Position numbers and translations under genes: made by a program. The notes beneath the pieces are model-generated. The model saw only the letters and a program-made list of their open reading frames with translations, made no database searches and was not told where the DNA came from. From contig CAMMEP010000001.1 of NCBI GenBank assembly GCA_946495905.1, forward strand, positions 9,089 to 73,088: a stretch of 64,000 nt of DNA. Direction: 5' to 3'. Positions 60,733-64,000 of this stretch are shown piece after piece; positions within the stretch are counted from its first letter, which is position 1, and each line of letters starts with the position of its first letter. Source of the DNA: an uncultured Clostridium sp. GTDB taxonomy: Bacteria > Bacillota > Clostridia > TANB77 > CAG-508.

Positions 60733-62000
60733 ATGGTTAGTGTAAGAAAAAGAGGAAATGTTTATCAATATCAATTTGATATTGCACCAGTTGATGGTAA
60801 AAGAAAGCGAATTACAAAATCTGGTTTTAAAACGAAAGGAGAAGCAGAAAAAGCAGGTATAATTGCTTATAATGAATATACACAGACAGGACATAATTTT
60901 ACACCAAGCACAATTTCCTACTCTGATTATTTAGATTATTGGTTGAAAGAACATTGTGAAATTAATCTAAGATACCATACAATACGAGCATATAGTAACA
61001 TAATAAAAAATCATATAAAACCCAATATTGGTTTCTATAGATTATCACAAATTACTACTTCAACATTACAAGAATTCATAAATAAAATATATGTAGAAAA
61101 AAGTTTTTCAAAAAATTTTTTAAAAAACATTTTAAAGGTATTAAAAACATCTTTTGCCTATGCAACAGATGTAGTAGGATTTGTAAAAGAAAATCCAGCA
61201 TTAAAAGTTAAATTACCAAAATATGATGTACCAGATCCTGATCCTGCACATATTTTTACAAAAGAGGAAATTGATATGATTTTGAATAGATTTAAAAAAA
61301 ATCATGCTTTCTATTACGCAGCTTTAACAGCATATTATACGGGATTAAGAGTTTCAGAAGTTTTTGCTTTAACATGGGATGACATAGATTTAGAGAATAA
61401 GACTTTAACTGTAAATAAAAATGTAATAGAAAAAATCATATTGGTAGCACACATGGCAGACACTTGAGCGGTAAAGCAAAAACTGTTTGGTATTTTGGTA
61501 ACTGTAAGACACCTTCTAGTTATAGAACTATAGATATAGGTAATACATTAGTAAATGCTTTAAAGGAATTCAAAGAAGAACAAGCAAGGCATAAAGAAGA
61601 ATATGGAGATTCGTATATGAAACATTATGCCAAAGAAGTTTTAAATCCATATACCAATAAACCAGAAACAAAAATTATTAATGCACTTGCTGAAATAGAT
61701 GTAGCACTTCCAGAGGTTAATTTAGTATTTGTAAAGAACAATGGAGTGTTTGAAGGTACTGCAACAGTCAAATATCCATTTAAAGTTATTCACTATGAAT
61801 TAGGAATTTTATGTAGATTTCATGACTTTAGAGATACACATGCAACAAAGCTAATTGAAAATGGAGCAGATGTTAAAGCAGTTGCTAAAAGATTAGGACA
61901 CAGTACAATTAGAACAACTTATGAAATTTATGTTAAAGTTACTAGCAAAATGGAATCGGATGTTGTTAATAAATTTGAAGAATATGCTATGTCAAAATAA
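60733..62000 (+). pseudogene. int: tyrosine-type site-specific integrase split by a frameshift in an A-run (~61430-61436)
   Basis: N-terminal arm-binding/SAM-like domain in 60733-61467. Catalytic domain (RFHDFRDTHAT...LGHSTIRTTYEIYVKV with the R, H-x-x-R and Y residues) in 61464-62000 in another frame. The frame switch coincides with GAAAAAATC. Confidence 0.7.
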
Positions 62001-62083
62001 AAAATTAAATTAATAGTAAACTACAGATTTGTAACATTATTACAAACTGTGGTTTATTTTTTTTGCTTTAAAAGGAGGTAAAA

Positions 62084-62545
62084 ATGGAAAGGTTAAAATT
62101 AGTAAAATCTTTAGAAAATAAAAAATTATATACAAGAGAAACGGCAAAAATGACTCTTGAAAATGTAATAAAACGAATTAAAGAAGCAAATAGGAATGAT
62201 GAATTTATTTATAAAATTACTAAAGCAGTCTTATTTGGTTCATATATAAATTCAAACAAAGAAAAAGTTGGAGATTTAGATATTGCAATATATATCGAAC
62301 TAAAAGATAAGTCTAAACCAGAGCTAGAACAAAATATGGAAAGAGCTAGTACATCTAATAGTTATGTACCATTCATATTAAAATTTATATATGGAAAAGA
62401 AGAAGTGTTTAAGTATATTAAAGACAAAAAACATATATTGCAATTACACGATGGAAATAAAGTTGATAAGGATTCAAAGGAACACAAAGAACCACTTAGT
62501 TATATATATTTTGATAAATACAAAATAATATATGAGGAGGTGTAA
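62084..62545 (+). CDS. nucleotidyltransferase (minimal Pol-beta-fold NTase) domain protein
   Basis: VLFGSYINSNKEKVGDLDIAIY matches the GS...D.D NTase signature. Confidence 0.55.
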   Translation: MERLKLVKSLENKKLYTRETAKMTLENVIKRIKEANRNDEFIYKITKAVLFGSYINSNKEKVGDLDIAIYIELKDKSKPELEQNMERASTSNSYVPFILKFIYGKEEVFKYIKDKKHILQLHDGNKVDKDSKEHKEPLSYIYFDKYKIIYEEV

Positions 62546-62549
62546 TAAA

Positions 62550-62651
62550 ATGTGGCAATTTCTTTTAGGATTATTTATAGGAGCAAATGTTTCACTTTTT
62601 CTATATGCAATTATATTAGCAGGAAAGAGAAGTGAAAATAGAGATGAATGA
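62550..62651 (+). CDS. small hydrophobic peptide ORF (33 aa, MWQFLLGLFIGANVSLFLYAIILAGKRSENRDE)
   Basis: RBS GAGGAGGTG 7 nt upstream. One predicted TM helix. Not in the supplied track. Confidence 0.25.
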   Translation: MWQFLLGLFIGANVSLFLYAIILAGKRSENRDE

Positions 62652-63454
62652 AGAAAATAAAATTGGTTATTATGCAATAATACCTTCTACAGTATTATTT
62701 AATGAAAGAATAAAGGCAAATGAAAAATTATTATATGCAGTTATTACAGTTCTATCTAACAAAGAGGGATATTGTTATGCTTCAAATACTTATCTAGGTA
62801 AACTATTAAAAGCCCAACCTCATACAATTTCTAAATGGGTATCACATTTAAAAAGTTTAGGTTTTTTATGTTTAGATATTATTAAAAATGATAAAGGCGA
62901 AATAATACAAAGGAGAATTTATCCAAATGATACCCCCCTATACGATAAATAGGACATACCCCTATTCGACAGATGGGACAGAGGGTATGTCCCCAAAAGG
63001 ACAATATAATAATATAATAGATAATAATATAAATAAAGAAAAGATAGATAGATTATTTAATTATATAATAGATAAAGAAAAAGAAATTCCAAAAGAATTT
63101 GTTAATGTTGATTTAAATGAAATAAATGTTGCATTAAAAAGATTTGATATGTTATATCCAAAACCAATTCTAGATATAATGTCTGAAGAAAATTTAGAAT
63201 CTGTAAAAAATATAACTTATATTATTGCTTTAATAGTTAAAAATAAATTATTTCATTTATCAAATAAAATAACGAGAGATAAACTCATACAGATATGTAA
63301 TGACTGTAAAGATAGAGAAAAACAAAATGAGGGAACAGAAAAAAGAATAGAGAATTTTATTAATTATTTTTATAAAAGCATAGAAAATGAATTAACGAAG
63401 GAAAGTAAAGGACCTTCTTTTTTTATGCCTAATAATGATGAAATTGAAATTTAA
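62632..63454 (+). CDS. phage/plasmid replication-initiator-like protein (winged-helix N-terminal domain), read as two ORFs (62632-62952 and 62927-63454) that a 1-nt change in a C6 run (62933-62938) would fuse
   Basis: N-terminus YYAIIPSTVLFNERIKANEKLLYAVITVLSNKEGYCYASNTYLGKLL...TISKWVSHLKSLGFL resembles RepA-N/replisome-organiser wHTH domains. The overlap region carries iteron-like repeats. Confidence 0.4.
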
Positions 63455-63516
63455 AGGAGGTGGTTTTATGCTCTAACTAATAAAAAAAATAAAATTAAAA
63501 AGAAAGGAGTTCGCCT

Positions 63517-63837
63517 ATGAAAATTTACAGAGTTATCTTCAAAAGTATTGATATAGATGAAGCTGACAACACACTAATAATTACAACTTTTCAAAATAGA
63601 GAGCTTGCTGAACAATACCTTAAAGAAAGAATTGAAGAACTAAAAGAACAAGAAGAAATTTTAAAACAAGATGATTATGTAACAGAAGAAAGAAAGAATT
63701 ATTACGAAAGATATTTAAATGGTAGAGGAATAGAAGATTCAGTATCAATATATCTTGAAGAAGATGAAACTTATGATGAAATAATGCTAAAAGAAAAAGC
63801 AGAAAGATTAGAAAAGGAAAATAATTATGAAATGTAA
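63517..63837 (+). CDS. hypothetical acidic coiled-coil protein
   Basis: RBS AAAGGAG. Glu/Lys-rich. No recognised family. Confidence 0.45.
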   Translation: MKIYRVIFKSIDIDEADNTLIITTFQNRELAEQYLKERIEELKEQEEILKQDDYVTEERKNYYERYLNGRGIEDSVSIYLEEDETYDEIMLKEKAERLEKENNYEM

Positions 63838-64000
63838 AGTTTTAATTGTTTTACTGATTTTAATTTGTATTATTGCTTTTTGCTTTTATATTTTTATTAT
63901 ATTTAATGACTTTCAAGAAAAAGAAGAAAGCAACAAAGATACTGAAAACCTTATAAAAGAAACAATAATAGTAAATGAAGAAACAGAAGAAAAAAACATT
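63827..64000 (+). CDS. hypothetical small membrane protein (3' end beyond window)
   Basis: ATG overlaps the end of the previous gene. MKCKVLIVLLILICIIAFCFYIFIIF is a TM helix. Confidence 0.35.
   Translation, partial: MKCKVLIVLLILICIIAFCFYIFIIFNDFQEKEESNKDTENLIKETIIVNEETEEKNI

Larger units (their letters stand above)
60520..64000 (+). mobile_element. probable integrated mobile element (prophage remnant or integrative element) inserted downstream of secA; extends beyond window end
   Basis: Tyrosine integrase next to the secA 3' end, with an imperfect inverted repeat TTGTTGCCATTTTGTTGCCAA / TTGGCAACAAAAATGGCGACAA in the junction. The integrase is followed by a nucleotidyltransferase, a replication-initiator-like gene and small hypothetical genes. 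Confidence 0.5.

Noticed and set aside
1-64000. tRNA, rRNA and CRISPR scan
   Set aside because: No GTTCGAATCC-type T-loop motifs, no rRNA-like conserved segments and no short regularly spaced repeats were found. All sizeable intergenic regions are accounted for by promoters, terminators or the palindromic repeat families.

Overview
This 64-kb window is AT-rich (roughly 28-30% GC by eye). Almost all genes are on the + strand. It looks like a Clostridium-like Firmicutes chromosome segment. I see no rRNA or tRNA genes and no CRISPR array. Housekeeping genes I recognise are alpha-amylase, metK, murD, uvrB, uvrA and secA. Between them sit accessory modules: a cadC-cadA metal-efflux pair with operator palindromes; flavin reductase, DUF362 and larC; Ham1, two NUDIX and several HD-domain hydrolases; a ZIP transporter with an ABC-2 exporter; an ABC-F ATPase; a flavodiiron protein; a PHP phosphoesterase; and a dinJ-yafQ toxin-antitoxin pair. 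There are two paralogous four-gene modules, each with an OmpR-type response regulator, a histidine kinase, an ABC ATPase and an ~880-aa FtsX permease. Each module has an 11-bp-spaced direct-repeat candidate regulator site at the transporter promoter. One operon fuses a 5'-nucleotidase-like domain to a nucleoside hydrolase and carries an HDIG protein. A minus-strand gene fuses a P-loop kinase to a CYTH domain, next to a small Asn/Lys-rich ORF and a frameshifted Cmk-like kinase. The usually adjacent uvrB and uvrA are separated by a 1.9-kb insertion bracketed by duplicated copies of the uvrA leader. A probable integrated element lies downstream of secA, with a frameshifted tyrosine integrase, a nucleotidyltransferase and a replication-initiator-like gene containing iteron-like repeats. 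The most unusual signal is non-coding: at least three families of ~150-290-bp structured palindromic repeats in intergenic regions. Family 1 has 2 copies, family 2 has 3 and family 3 has 1. Differences between copies in the long stems are matched by compensatory changes on the opposite arm, which suggests selection for base pairing. They could be structured ncRNAs or hairpin-forming mobile elements. Four accessory genes carry apparent 1-nt frameshifts while the large housekeeping genes are intact.
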